DNA of 64,000 nucleotides, taken from an uncultured Lachnospiraceae bacterium. GTDB taxonomy: Bacteria; Bacillota; Clostridia; Lachnospirales; Lachnospiraceae. Where the stretch lies: the NCBI GenBank assembly GCA_946558695.1, contig CAMNTQ010000004.1:7567-71566 (forward strand). The letters are read 5' to 3'. Under the pieces are notes generated by a model. That model ran no database searches and had not been told where the DNA came from. It saw nothing but the letters and a program-made list of their open reading frames with translations. The translations under genes and the position numbers were made by a program. This document shows, in pieces, positions 54,306 through 63,749 of this stretch. Positions within the stretch are counted from its first letter, which is position 1; each line of letters starts with the position of its first letter.

Positions 54306-55106
54306 TTATAATTCAAAGGTTTCCAGATCATCGGGAACGTAAAGGCTGCCATGAAAATACTGCCTGCCTTCTTCGGTGTAAAGGCGTTTGCGTTCCTTCA
54401 GGTGTGTCTCTTCTGTGTGATATAAAAGAAGGTTTGGGATAGAAAGACTTTCAGCAAGCTGACATGCTTCTTTTACCGTGCTGTGGTGTTTTTCGTAAGG
54501 CTTGAATTTATCAGCTTCTCCAAACAGGCAGAATGCTTCGTGAAGAAGCCAGTCGCTGCCCTTTACATATTCATGGTTTGCTTCATTATAAGGCTCATCC
54601 CCTACGCAGGTGAATTTCTTTCCGTTATTAAGCTGCATGGTGAAGCCGAACTGCTTTGCTTTTGTGGAGGCAATATCAAAAAATGTGACCGGACAGTCTA
54701 AGATATGTCGGGAATCACCGCTTTTTACAATATCAAAACGGATGCGTCCTCCCATATGCCTGCAGACTTTCTGCTGAATGGTCATATTCGCGATTGCCTG
54801 AATCTTTTCGGAAAGCTCCTCATGGCAGTAGATGCGAAGCTCACCGTCATATGTTTCCTGATTCATCCGTTGACCGATCAGACGAATCAGCCAGATGATT
54901 CCGAGTACATGGTCCACATGCTCGTGGGTTACAAAGATATCATGGATATTGCAGATATCAATGCCGGTATCTTTCAGTACTTTTAGAATTCTGTTCCCGC
55001 CGCCGGCATCTATAAGAAAATGTCTGCTGCCCTCAGAGATGGCAAAGCAGGTATTATAGCATTCGGACACGGCAGCGTTTCCGGTTCCTAATATTGTTAA
55101 TTTCAT
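54306..55106 (-). CDS. MBL-fold metallo-hydrolase (RNase Z-like)
   Basis: LGTGNA, LIDAGGG, THEHVDH, HEAF, HST and LYH motifs. Confidence 0.88.
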   Translation of the reverse strand: MKLTILGTGNAAVSECYNTCFAISEGSRHFLIDAGGGNRILKVLKDTGIDICNIHDIFVTHEHVDHVLGIIWLIRLIGQRMNQETYDGELRIYCHEELSEKIQAIANMTIQQKVCRHMGGRIRFDIVKSGDSRHILDCPVTFFDIASTKAKQFGFTMQLNNGKKFTCVGDEPYNEANHEYVKGSDWLLHEAFCLFGEADKFKPYEKHHSTVKEACQLAESLSIPNLLLYHTEETHLKERKRLYTEEGRQYFHGSLYVPDDLETFEL

Positions 55107-55211
55107 AGAAAGCACTCCTTTATACTATATTTTCATATCATATCATAAACTAATAGCAAGGTCAAAAACAAACAGATACAATTGTTATGCCAATCGCTGT
55201 GCGCCGTTTTC

Positions 55212-55257
55212 AAAATGAAATCTGCCTTCCGATGGGGAAAACACGGAAGGCAGATTC
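55212..55257 (-). terminator. Intrinsic terminator
   Basis: AATCTGCCTTCCG...CGGAAGGCAGATT inverted repeat downstream of the PLP enzyme gene. Confidence 0.7.
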
Positions 55258-55292
55258 TTCTTTTGGTATTAAGAAGATTGTATGAGGGGAAA

Positions 55293-56579
55293 CTAAACAG
55301 TCTCTGCGATGTCTTTTGTAGCCTTAAGGAACTTATCGATATCGTCTGTTCCGTGGCAGTGGAGCGGAGATACGCGGATCGCTCCTTCTAGTCCGAGGGA
55401 TTCTACGATTCTCTTAGAATAGGGGCTTGTGTTCAGACGCTCAAATACGGTAATGCCATGCTCTAAGTATTTCTGTGAGAGGTCAGCGAATTCAATGCCT
55501 TTGATTCCCATAGCGACGATTAAGTCTTTGTATGTAAGGTCTTCCATGTCTACATATACTTCTGCTTTCTCAATGTGGCGAAGTCCCGGAACCTCATCTG
55601 TGCCTTCAAGCATCCGGTATAAAAGCGCGCGTTCTTGAAGGTGGATGCGGTGCATGCCTTCTACATACAGCGTGCGTCTGTCAGTGCTGTCGATAAAATG
55701 TGCGCCGATTTCACATACATAGTCGATGACCGCCATCATAGCTGCGAAGTTCGCAGGCGTTGGAGTGCCGAGCGCCCATACATGGTCGTCTTTATGGATC
55801 AGCTTGTGGTGCGGCAGCGCGCATACCCGGTCGGATACATAGCAAAAGCCGCAGCCGCGGACGCCGAAGAATTTGTAAGGCGCAAAATTGGATACATCTA
55901 CCCCCCAGTCTTCTACATCAATCGCTGCATGAGGCGCATGCTGCACCGCATCGCTTACAATATAGATTTCTGGATTGATCTCCTTTGCGCGGCGTGCGAT
56001 TTCCTTGATGTCCATGATATTTCCAGAGATATTGGATGCCGCCATGATGCTTAAGAGGACGGTATCTTTGTCCACATATTTCATAATTTCGTCTACGTCA
56101 AGTCCGCCGGTAGTCTTATTAGCCGGAACTACGCGGAATTCACGTCCGGTCTGGGTGCAGTAGAACTCAACTGCATCGTGGGCTGAAGGGTGCTCAAGGG
56201 AAGAGGTGACTGCGTTGGTTCCCCATTTTACATTGGTCATGATCGTACCTACAGCCTGAAACATGCTCTGGGAAGCGGTAAGTTCTGTAAGCAGGCCGCC
56301 GCTCTTTGCGCCGAATACGGTCTCTAAGATATCTTTCGTTCCGTCGGCTACATAGTGGGAAAGTTCATATCCTCTTCCTCTTACCCGCTCCGGGCAGTCT
56401 GGAAATTCTTCAATCTGTGCTTTTACTTCTACCGCTTTTCTAAGTCTTAAAGAGCCCCCGGAATTTTCAAAAAAGAGACGCTCCCCATGTTCTGGATCCG
56501 CATCAGCGTAACAGAACTGCGCCTTTAAGCTTTTTTGGTATTCATCAGAAAATAAAATTCCTCTTTCTTCATTATTCAT
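55293..56579 (-). CDS. Class V PLP-dependent enzyme (NifS/desulfurase-like fold)
   Basis: FENSGGS, EHPS, ASNISG, DAVQH, APYKFFG (PLP Lys), GTP and IRVS. Confidence 0.88.
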   Translation of the reverse strand: MNNEERGILFSDEYQKSLKAQFCYADADPEHGERLFFENSGGSLRLRKAVEVKAQIEEFPDCPERVRGRGYELSHYVADGTKDILETVFGAKSGGLLTELTASQSMFQAVGTIMTNVKWGTNAVTSSLEHPSAHDAVEFYCTQTGREFRVVPANKTTGGLDVDEIMKYVDKDTVLLSIMAASNISGNIMDIKEIARRAKEINPEIYIVSDAVQHAPHAAIDVEDWGVDVSNFAPYKFFGVRGCGFCYVSDRVCALPHHKLIHKDDHVWALGTPTPANFAAMMAVIDYVCEIGAHFIDSTDRRTLYVEGMHRIHLQERALLYRMLEGTDEVPGLRHIEKAEVYVDMEDLTYKDLIVAMGIKGIEFADLSQKYLEHGITVFERLNTSPYSKRIVESLGLEGAIRVSPLHCHGTDDIDKFLKATKDIAETV

Positions 56580-56705
56580 CTGTTATATCCTCCTTGTCCG
56601 TACCGATTTTTAACTTGATTTCATCATAGCATGAAAAATGAAAATTGAAAAATGAATAATTACGTTGTATAATATTAATATAATTTATATTTAAAAGGAG
56701 CGTTT

Positions 56706-57626
56706 ATGAATTTAGCGGATATTGAGACTTTTTTGATGATCGTTAAGACGAAGAACATTACAAAGACGGCGGACAACCTTTTTTTGTCCCAGCCCACGGT
56801 GAGTCACAGGCTGAAGCTCTTGGAGGAAGAGCTTTCAGTAAAGCTGATCACGAGAAAAAAGGGTTATAAGCAGATAGAGCTGACCTCCCAGGGAGAAGAA
56901 TTTATCCCCATTGCGGAGCAGTGGCTTTCTATCTGGCGGGAGATGCAGCTTTTAAAGAGCAGTAAGGAAAGGCTTTATCTGACGGTTGGATGTACGGATA
57001 CGATGAACAGCGCGATATTGTTTGACCTGTACAGTGAGATGCTTGGGGCTAAGGAGCAGATTATGAACCTGCACATAAAGACGCACTATTCCTATGAGCT
57101 GTACGGACTTTTAGAAAACCATGAGATTGACTTAGGATTTGTGTACCATCATCTGCAGTTTAAAAATATCATCGCGCGGCCGATACTGAGGGAGAAGATG
57201 TATATCGTGCAGTCGGCGGCTGCAGAACTTAAGAAGCCTTTTATTCATACGGAAGAGCTTGATAAGGAGTGGGAGATATTTTTAAGTTGGGAGGCGAATT
57301 ACCAGATCTGGCATGATCAGTGGGTGAGTAAGGGAGAGCGTCCCCGTGTGTGGGTGGACACTTTTGAACTGCTTCTGCATCTGATGTCAGATGAGCGGAT
57401 GTGGGTGATTGCGCCGATCTCTGTGGTGGACCGGCTTAAGACATTAAGGCAGGTATATGTGAGCGAGATTGCGAATCCGGTGCCGCCTCCGGAGAGAATC
57501 ACCTATGAAATTAAACATAAGTATCCCAACGAGGCGACGCTTAAGGCGGTTCAGATCTTTGAAGAGAGAATGGCTCCGTATCTCAGTAAAAGAGGATGGG
57601 GATATGTGGGAGGAAAAGAGCAGTAA
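56706..57626 (+). CDS. LysR-family transcriptional regulator
   Basis: N-terminal HTH TADNLFLSQPTVSHRLKLLEEEL; divergent from the PLP enzyme. Confidence 0.93.
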   Translation: MNLADIETFLMIVKTKNITKTADNLFLSQPTVSHRLKLLEEELSVKLITRKKGYKQIELTSQGEEFIPIAEQWLSIWREMQLLKSSKERLYLTVGCTDTMNSAILFDLYSEMLGAKEQIMNLHIKTHYSYELYGLLENHEIDLGFVYHHLQFKNIIARPILREKMYIVQSAAAELKKPFIHTEELDKEWEIFLSWEANYQIWHDQWVSKGERPRVWVDTFELLLHLMSDERMWVIAPISVVDRLKTLRQVYVSEIANPVPPPERITYEIKHKYPNEATLKAVQIFEERMAPYLSKRGWGYVGGKEQ

Positions 57627-57644
57627 TAAAAAATTTAAAAAAAG

Positions 57645-57677
57645 TGTCACAAACAACAAGTCAGATTCGTTTATATA
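57645..57677 (+). promoter_or_regulatory. ECF sigma-type promoter
   Basis: TGTCAC-N17-CGTTTATATA immediately upstream of an ECF sigma gene. Confidence 0.5.
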
Positions 57678-57692
57678 GTAAGGATATAAGAT

Positions 57693-58028
57693 ATGCTTAT
57701 ACTTATAACGGCAATAGATACTCCAGAGGATAAGTCAAAGTTTGAAAAGATATATAACAAATATATAGATGTTATGTACTATGCGGCATTTGGAATCCTC
57801 GGCGGACAGTACGAGGCAGAGGAAGCAGTGTCCCAGACATTGTTTAAACTTATCAGCCATTTAGAAAAAATAGAAGATGTTGATTCAAAGAAAACAAAAG
57901 CCTTTATTATAACAGTTACAGAGCATACGGCAATTGACTGTTACAGGAAGATAAAGCGTGAGCGTTTCACACAGATCAATGATGAGGAAATCTGTTCACA
58001 GTATGCACAGGAGTGTGTTAGGAGGTAG
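57693..58028 (+). pseudogene. Truncated ECF sigma factor (region 2 only)
   Basis: FEKIYNKY...AEEAVSQT...TKAFIITVTEHTAIDCYRK, then a stop at 111 aa; no region 4. Confidence 0.7.
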
Positions 58029-58072
58029 AGGATTTATGCCAGCATATAAATATAATTAAATTAAGTGAAAAG

Positions 58073-59053
58073 ATGGTACAATTAATGAAAAGCATTTGCA
58101 AATTAAACAAATTTATTTTCTTTATGGGAATTTTAATTATGTTGCTAAGTGCAGATTTTAAAGAAAAGCTTAAAAATGAAAAATTGGATATAGGACTTAA
58201 ACAGGATAGAAACAGCGAACTCAGGGTGGCTATTATTGATACAGGTATAGAAATTAGTCATGAGAAATTGAAAGACTATGTTTGGATTAATAAAAATGAA
58301 AAAATCAATGGATTAGATGATGATTTTAATGGATATGTTGACGACATAAATGGATGGAATTTTTGTGAAAATAATGAAAAAATTGATTCTTATCATTCAA
58401 ATATAAAAGAAAATTCCCATGGCACGGCTTGTGCCGGAATTATTTTACGGCAATGCCGGAATAAAAATATAAAAATCATCGTTTTGAAAATTTTGGATGA
58501 CAATAGTGATAGAAGAGGAACAATTCAAAATTTAAAAAAAGCAATCCGTTATGCAGAAAGCATGAATGCTAAGATATGTAATTTGAGCTTGGGAACATAT
58601 GAATATGACAAAGAGTTATTTGAGATTATTGACTCGTCAGAAATGCTGTTTGTAGTTGCGGCTGGTAGCTGTTTAAATAGAGGGAGAAATATTTCTGTTC
58701 AAAAAGTATATCCGGCATCATTTAAATCCTCCAATATTATTACGGTAACTAGTGTAGATGAACAATATAAATTGTGCAAAGGCTCTAATTATAGCAGTCA
58801 GGATGTGGACATAGCAGCATTGGGTGAAAATGTATATACAACTTCCGCAAACAATGAATACGCATATGTTTCAGGAACATCTTTTGCGGCTCCCATGGTT
58901 ACAGGAATGGCGGTAGAGATTTATGATGAAAATTTGAATATAAGTCCCCAAGAGGCAATTACCAAAATCCTGAAAACTACAAAAAAGAGATCTGATTTAT
59001 TAGAAAAGGTTTCTGGTGGAAGAGTATTGGAAATGCAGAATAATTTTAAGTAG
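58073..59053 (+). CDS. S8 subtilisin-like serine peptidase with N-terminal signal/anchor
   Basis: Catalytic triad motifs VAIIDTG, SHGTACAG and SGTSFAAP; DDDFNGYVDDINGWNF loop; start may be 58085. Confidence 0.92.
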   Translation: MVQLMKSICKLNKFIFFMGILIMLLSADFKEKLKNEKLDIGLKQDRNSELRVAIIDTGIEISHEKLKDYVWINKNEKINGLDDDFNGYVDDINGWNFCENNEKIDSYHSNIKENSHGTACAGIILRQCRNKNIKIIVLKILDDNSDRRGTIQNLKKAIRYAESMNAKICNLSLGTYEYDKELFEIIDSSEMLFVVAAGSCLNRGRNISVQKVYPASFKSSNIITVTSVDEQYKLCKGSNYSSQDVDIAALGENVYTTSANNEYAYVSGTSFAAPMVTGMAVEIYDENLNISPQEAITKILKTTKKRSDLLEKVSGGRVLEMQNNFK

Positions 59054-59063
59054 AAAACGAATA

Positions 59064-59915
59064 ATGAGAAAACGAATTATATCATTGATTTTAGTAATGA
59101 CATTAGTAGTTATGATGAGTGAAACTGCATTGGCAGAAAATAAAATTGTAGCAGAAAGTGGAAAAAAGATAGAACAACTCTTGACTAATAATTCTATAGA
59201 CAGTAAAGAATGTAGAAAGCAAATAAATGAAGATATGGAAGAATTAGAAAAATGTGGAATATTAGAGGCTGGTATCATTCAGAAAATTGAAGCAAAAGCT
59301 GGCGAGTCAAAAAATTATAAAATAAAAATAGGGGATTATACAAATGCGATAACCGTACTTAACAACAGTGATGATATGTTTGAGTTTGAAGTCGTTCAAG
59401 ATGATATAACCGAAATTGTAAAAGTCACAGCTACAGGTGAAATTTGTATTGATGGCAACAAAGTTAGAATAGAAAATGAGGAGGAAAACAATAAGACAGG
59501 TGATGTCATGGCATTTGATTCGCAACTTTGGTTTCAAAAGAAATGTCCATATGGAAAAGCTGCCGATTATTCAAAATATTTATCAACAGTTAGTAATGGA
59601 GATATAAGACTTACAAAAACGCTGCAGGATATAAGTATAAGTGCGTATGTAACAGTAGTAGTAGCATGTGGTGGTAAAGAACTTGCTGGATGGGTTGCAT
59701 CAAGTGTATATACAGCATTACGTAATTATGAGCCAAATACTAAAGGAATTTCATATAAGGCAAAAAAATATTATCATAAAAAGAGCAGCTCAAGTGGTTA
59801 TATTAAATCAATTCGACAGTATGTGTATAAATATATCTATACTTGGTATACAAAAGCGAATTATAAAGGAAAAACGGCAAAAGCAACAGCATATCGGGTT
59901 AAGGAAATATATTAA
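59064..59915 (+). CDS. Secreted protein with acidic N-terminal and cationic C-terminal domains
   Basis: Sec signal MRKRIISLILVMTLVVMMSETALA; E/D-rich first half; K/Y-rich second half with a hydrophobic stretch; RBS is weak. Confidence 0.78.
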   Translation: MRKRIISLILVMTLVVMMSETALAENKIVAESGKKIEQLLTNNSIDSKECRKQINEDMEELEKCGILEAGIIQKIEAKAGESKNYKIKIGDYTNAITVLNNSDDMFEFEVVQDDITEIVKVTATGEICIDGNKVRIENEEENNKTGDVMAFDSQLWFQKKCPYGKAADYSKYLSTVSNGDIRLTKTLQDISISAYVTVVVACGGKELAGWVASSVYTALRNYEPNTKGISYKAKKYYHKKSSSSGYIKSIRQYVYKYIYTWYTKANYKGKTAKATAYRVKEIY

Positions 59916-59935
59916 AAAAGACGAAAGGATTATAT

Positions 59936-60106
59936 ATGAAAGAAATTAAAAAGAATTTATATTCTATCATTATTTTAGCTGTCATATTACTCATTATTTG
60001 CGCGTATTTTCAAATGAAAGGTTATGTAAAGACTATGGCGATAGGTTATGTATCCTGTTTTTTGATTATTATAAATGTCATTAAAATATACAATAAATTA
60101 AAATGA
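59936..60106 (+). CDS. Small two-TM membrane protein, candidate immunity protein (not in the ORF track)
   Basis: GAAAGGA RBS; MKEIKKNLYSIIILAVILLIICAYFQMKGYVKTMAIGYVSCFLIIINVIKIYNKLK*, 56 aa. Confidence 0.7.
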   Translation: MKEIKKNLYSIIILAVILLIICAYFQMKGYVKTMAIGYVSCFLIIINVIKIYNKLK

Positions 60107-60377
60107 TAGCATGCTGGGATTGATTATTTCCTTTATTAAGAAAATCAATATAGCAAGGTGATCATATAATTTAAATGACAAAATTTATCAAACAGTTTAA
60201 TATTTGATTTTAAAATTATAAATTTGTTTTGATAAAAACAGGTCGTAGAATCTTAACTTCCAGTGATTTTGTCTCGGACTGATTTAGAATAAAACTTGAG
60301 AATAGCCTGTATTTTTGTAATATCTAATGCGGAAATACAGGCATTAGTTTGCACCGTAATAAAAAACGGGAGAAAGA

Positions 60378-60502
60378 ATGATAGAAAAATAATTATAGGT
60401 CTGTTGTGTATACCAATGACTAACAGTAATGTTGCGTTGGCATCTGATAAAAATACGTATGAAAAATACGAGTATTTAGACGATGTGTCAAATAAGAATT
60501 AA
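60378..60502 (+). pseudogene. Frameshifted remnant of a signal-peptide protein
   Basis: GGGAG RBS and ATG give MIEK*, but the neighbouring frame reads RKIIIGLLCIPMTNSNVALASD..., resembling a signal peptide. Confidence 0.35.
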
Positions 60503-60594
60503 TGTGACTCCAATTATTTTGGATTGAAAGGGATGGAAAATTTATATGTGTATTATATTTAGTTGGCATACAATTTTTCCGTTCAATATCAGAA

Positions 60595-61017
60595 GTGGAA
60601 AAACTTGTGACGCATGGAAAGGAATACCAGTTTTCAATAGTATTTGATGCGGTATATATGTTAATACTGTGGCTGCCATTTATGCTGATAATTTTAAACT
60701 GTGTATGGAAAAGGGAATGGGATGTGATTTTAGAAAGCAGCAAAAAAGTGATTTGGGGATGCTGGAAACAATATGCTATATACTTAATTGTGTTGCTTTT
60801 GATTTTAAAAGGCGTTGGTTTGGGAGACATGCAATATGATATTTCTCTTATTCATGTTGTTGTGGATCTGATGCCATCTTTCAGTTCATATGTTATCATG
60901 CAGTTGCTTTATCATGTGTTTAGGAGTGCAAATTCTATATTGTTTTTCATCTTGGCGCCGTTGATGTATTGTATAGAATTTGAAATCCTCGTACAACGAA
61001 AATTAAGTTTTGGATAG
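60595..61017 (+). pseudogene. Membrane protein, probably a 5'-truncated fragment
   Basis: Three hydrophobic segments, no clear RBS, hydrophobic residues continue upstream of the GTG. Confidence 0.45.
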
Positions 61018-61129
61018 TTTAACGCAGAATATTTTTCTGAGAGTGCTGCTCCACAAACGTAGGCGTAGCGATATATAGTTTTTGATTATGGAAGCTGGAT
61101 TAAAATAATGCCGCTGCCAATAATCGAGG

Positions 61130-61295
61130 GGTTCTCCCATACTATGCCCATTCATCTCGATCCGGTAACTGTGCCGTCGGTCGGTAATGCGTGATAGACA
61201 GGAATCCGCATAGGTGGAGGGCGAGGACACTGAGGGCAGGCGGACAGTAAAAAACTTGGCCACAGTGAGCGGGAAATGATGATGTCCCGTGGGCT
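61130..61295 (-). mobile_element. IS21-family IstB ATPase C-terminal remnant
   Basis: STYADSCLSRITDRRHSYRIEMNGHSM resembles the IstB tail ADAILDRLVHHS.RIEL.G.S.R; GC-rich patch at the edge of AT-rich DNA. Confidence 0.6.
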
Positions 61296-61356
61296 GCAAT
61301 AGCAGGTCAGACTGGGCTCGATTTGTTTTAACCTGCGAAGATGTCAACAGGTGGCA

Positions 61357-61399
61357 TAAAAATCCTCACGCAACCTGACTTGAGAATTGCGTGGGGATT
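61357..61399 (-). terminator. Terminator of the Phd-PIN operon
   Basis: AATCCTCACGCAA...TTGCGTGGGGATT with an A-run on the left (U-tail on minus). Confidence 0.7.
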
Positions 61400-61419
61400 C
61401 TGTTCCTTTGCTTATCAGC

Positions 61420-61872
61420 TTAATCGCTGTCGTCTGTTTGCGAGAACGGATTCTGTTCCTGCTCCAGCATTTGAAGAAAAGTGTCCGAGGAGAGAACTGG
61501 AATTGGAGAGGCTTTATAGTCTTTCGCATTCCTTGTCACGATGTAATCTATTCCGTTGCTGACAGCAGTTTCAATCATCACGGCATCCTCATAATCAGCC
61601 ACAGATGAGGAAACTGCTTTTTTACAGTCCAACGCCGCAGTGTCAAGCACATCAAAAAGAGCAAAGAGTTTTGTCAGGATTACTCTGGTATCTTTGTCGC
61701 TGTGGGTGCATCTGTGCGTCAGGTAGTAGATATCTGTGGATGCTTTGGCAGTAATGCAGCCAATAAAACGATTCATTGCCGCTTTGCGGAAAATTTTCTT
61801 TGCGCCAGCCGCAAATGGCGCACGGTTTTGAACGGCGTCCATGATAACGCAGGTATCAAGAAGAATTCTCAT
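61420..61872 (-). CDS. PIN-domain toxin (VapC-like)
   Basis: ILLDTCVIMD, DYEDA and IVTRNAKDY. Confidence 0.9.
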   Translation of the reverse strand: MRILLDTCVIMDAVQNRAPFAAGAKKIFRKAAMNRFIGCITAKASTDIYYLTHRCTHSDKDTRVILTKLFALFDVLDTAALDCKKAVSSSVADYEDAVMIETAVSNGIDYIVTRNAKDYKASPIPVLSSDTFLQMLEQEQNPFSQTDDSD

Positions 61873-62084
61873 ATTTTGCCCAGCCTCTCTTCCATGGCTT
61901 CTTCCAGTGTCATGGTTGCAGGAACGCTGCCGAAGAGGGACTCTGCAATGTTAAGCCGATCCTGAAACGGATTTGTCAGCTTGGCGATGACTTTTCCGTA
62001 TTGGGTGATATAAATGTCCTCTTTTGATGCAAGCAGCAGGTATTTGCTCAGATTATTTTTGAGTTCCGTAGCCGTAATAGACAT
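61869..62084 (-). CDS. Phd/YefM-family antitoxin
   Basis: MSITATELKNNLSKYL...IYITQYGKVIAKL; AGGAGG RBS; 4-bp overlap with the toxin. Confidence 0.9.
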   Translation of the reverse strand: MSITATELKNNLSKYLLLASKEDIYITQYGKVIAKLTNPFQDRLNIAESLFGSVPATMTLEEAMEERLGKI

Positions 62085-62115
62085 AACTGTGCCTCCTTTC
62101 TTTGAGGTTATTCTT

Positions 62116-62157
62116 AGTATATCAGAATCGGACGAAAATATCAAAGGTTTCGGACGA
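62116..62157 (-). promoter_or_regulatory. Sigma-A promoter with two operator repeats
   Basis: Minus strand TTGATA-N17-TATACT; near-palindrome TCGGACGA at 62128 and 62150 flanking the -35. Confidence 0.65.
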
Positions 62158-62196
62158 TATTCGCAAAAATTTGATAGTTGCGGGAGGTGACTGCAC

Positions 62197-62326
62197 ATGG
62201 ATGCAAGGTCGCTGAAGAGCATTACTGTAGAGATCGACGGTCCGACCACGGGTTTGCAGTCTGCTTAAAAGAAGTCAACAGTGAGATAAAAACACACAGG
62301 GCCAGTCGAAGGACGTGAAGAAGCTT
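62197..62326 (+). pseudogene. Phage tail tape-measure protein N-terminal remnant with two frameshifts
   Basis: GGGAGGTG RBS; MDARSLKSITVEIDGPTTGLQSA / LKEVNSEIKT / TQGQSKDVKKL across frames. Confidence 0.6.
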
Positions 62327-62559
62327 TGGTTGTGATTGATGGAAAAGAACAGGAAACATGGATTTCTGTTTCGGATAGTTTTCGTCAGGAAAGCGAAGAA
62401 AAACTGGCATATGATCTGCAGAAAGAAGGAGATGAATCTCCATTAGGATTTGCAGTAAGAAATGGCTGGGGCTTGTATATGTATCAGATGTTCTGTATTG
62501 ATTATCTGATTGCAAACAGAGATCGTCATGGAAGTATGATGAGCATAAGCTGTTGCTGA
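62326..62559 (+). pseudogene. Internal fragment of a HipA-like kinase
   Basis: YQMFCIDYLIANRDRHG resembles the HipA D..I.N.DRH..N catalytic loop; no start and truncated afterwards. Confidence 0.55.
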
Positions 62560-62634
62560 AAAATGAAGGGAAAAGCTGTCAGGACGAATTTTATATTGAA
62601 AATATGGAAGATAACCAGTAAGAGCAGCCATAAA

Positions 62635-63057
62635 TTAATTTTCTACTGTTGTTTCAATAATCGCCATCATTTCTACAGGGGTAATAATAAAATCCCTGAA
62701 TGGATAATGTTTCTGATTACCTGTGACTAAGTACGCATCATCATCCCTCTTTTCCATAGCTACTTCATAGAATATGAGGTCATTCATATCAATCAGGACT
62801 GCCCCTGTGGATTGTGGAAACACTTCGACGCCATACTGTCTGACTGCATCAAGAACTGTCCGTATTCTATTCTCATGCAGGTGGAATTTTTCTCTATGAA
62901 GAACCTCGTCATATTCAGATAAAATATCCTGATGATACAATGGAATAATCTTTCCTTCAAAAACAGAGTCTATTACCCTGACTGTAGCTGAATTTTCATT
63001 TTTAGAAAGTAAAGCCGATAGCAATACATTTGTATCAATTACTGCATAATATTCCAT
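62635..63057 (-). CDS. PIN-family putative toxin
   Basis: AVIDTNVLLSAL, EYDEVL, DLIFYEVA and LVTGNQKHYP. Confidence 0.9.
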   Translation of the reverse strand: MEYYAVIDTNVLLSALLSKNENSATVRVIDSVFEGKIIPLYHQDILSEYDEVLHREKFHLHENRIRTVLDAVRQYGVEVFPQSTGAVLIDMNDLIFYEVAMEKRDDDAYLVTGNQKHYPFRDFIITPVEMMAIIETTVEN

Positions 63058-63063
63058 AGATAT

Positions 63064-63360
63064 TTACCTTTTCCTTTCCGCTCTTACTGCCTGAATTTCA
63101 GCATTAATATCATCAAGTGACATTTCCGGAACATCAGCTGCCTGCTTTCGTAATTCATAAAAGGCATTTTTTGCTTCTGTTCTTGTTATTGTCTGTTCAG
63201 GCAATTTTGCTTCAAATGGAAGTCCTTTTACCATTTTGCTTTTAGTCATGAACATACGGAATGCTGTAGGTAAATCCATTCCAAGCTTCTCATATATTTC
63301 AGTCACTTCCTGTTTTAGTGCTTTGTCTGCCCTAAATTGAATTAAAACCTGTTCTGCCAT
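63064..63360 (-). CDS. RelB/DinJ-family antitoxin
   Basis: IQFRADKALKQEV...LGMDLPTAFRMF...GLPFE; AGGAGG RBS. Confidence 0.9.
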   Translation of the reverse strand: MAEQVLIQFRADKALKQEVTEIYEKLGMDLPTAFRMFMTKSKMVKGLPFEAKLPEQTITRTEAKNAFYELRKQAADVPEMSLDDINAEIQAVRAERKR

Positions 63361-63749
63361 AAAGATTCCTCCTTGTAAATATATTGCAGTTATTTTGCAT
63401 GTGTTTGTAATGATATTATATGCTTTATATTGAAAATTAGCAATAAGTTTCTTCATGAATGATGTGTGAATGCATTCATTCTTCAGGATTTTTCTTTTGT
63501 TCATTGATCTGAGTCCGCGTTCTGCGGTTTATTTTAACCCAACAGTTATAGATATGATAAGCAACAAGTTCGATCATTACATATTTATATTTTTAATTAT
63601 AAAAATTATTAATATATTATAGACAAATAATTCATTTTTTAAAATGATTAAGGTGTGATATAGTCTAATTAGTTAATAAAGTGAGAGAAAAATAAGAATA
63701 ACAGGGCAGCAAAATAGTCAATGTGCACAATTGAGAAAGGAGATGCCGG

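Noticed and set aside
62150-62160. GGACGATAT as a sigma-28 -10
   Set aside because: Better explained as the second operator repeat of the Phd-PIN promoter
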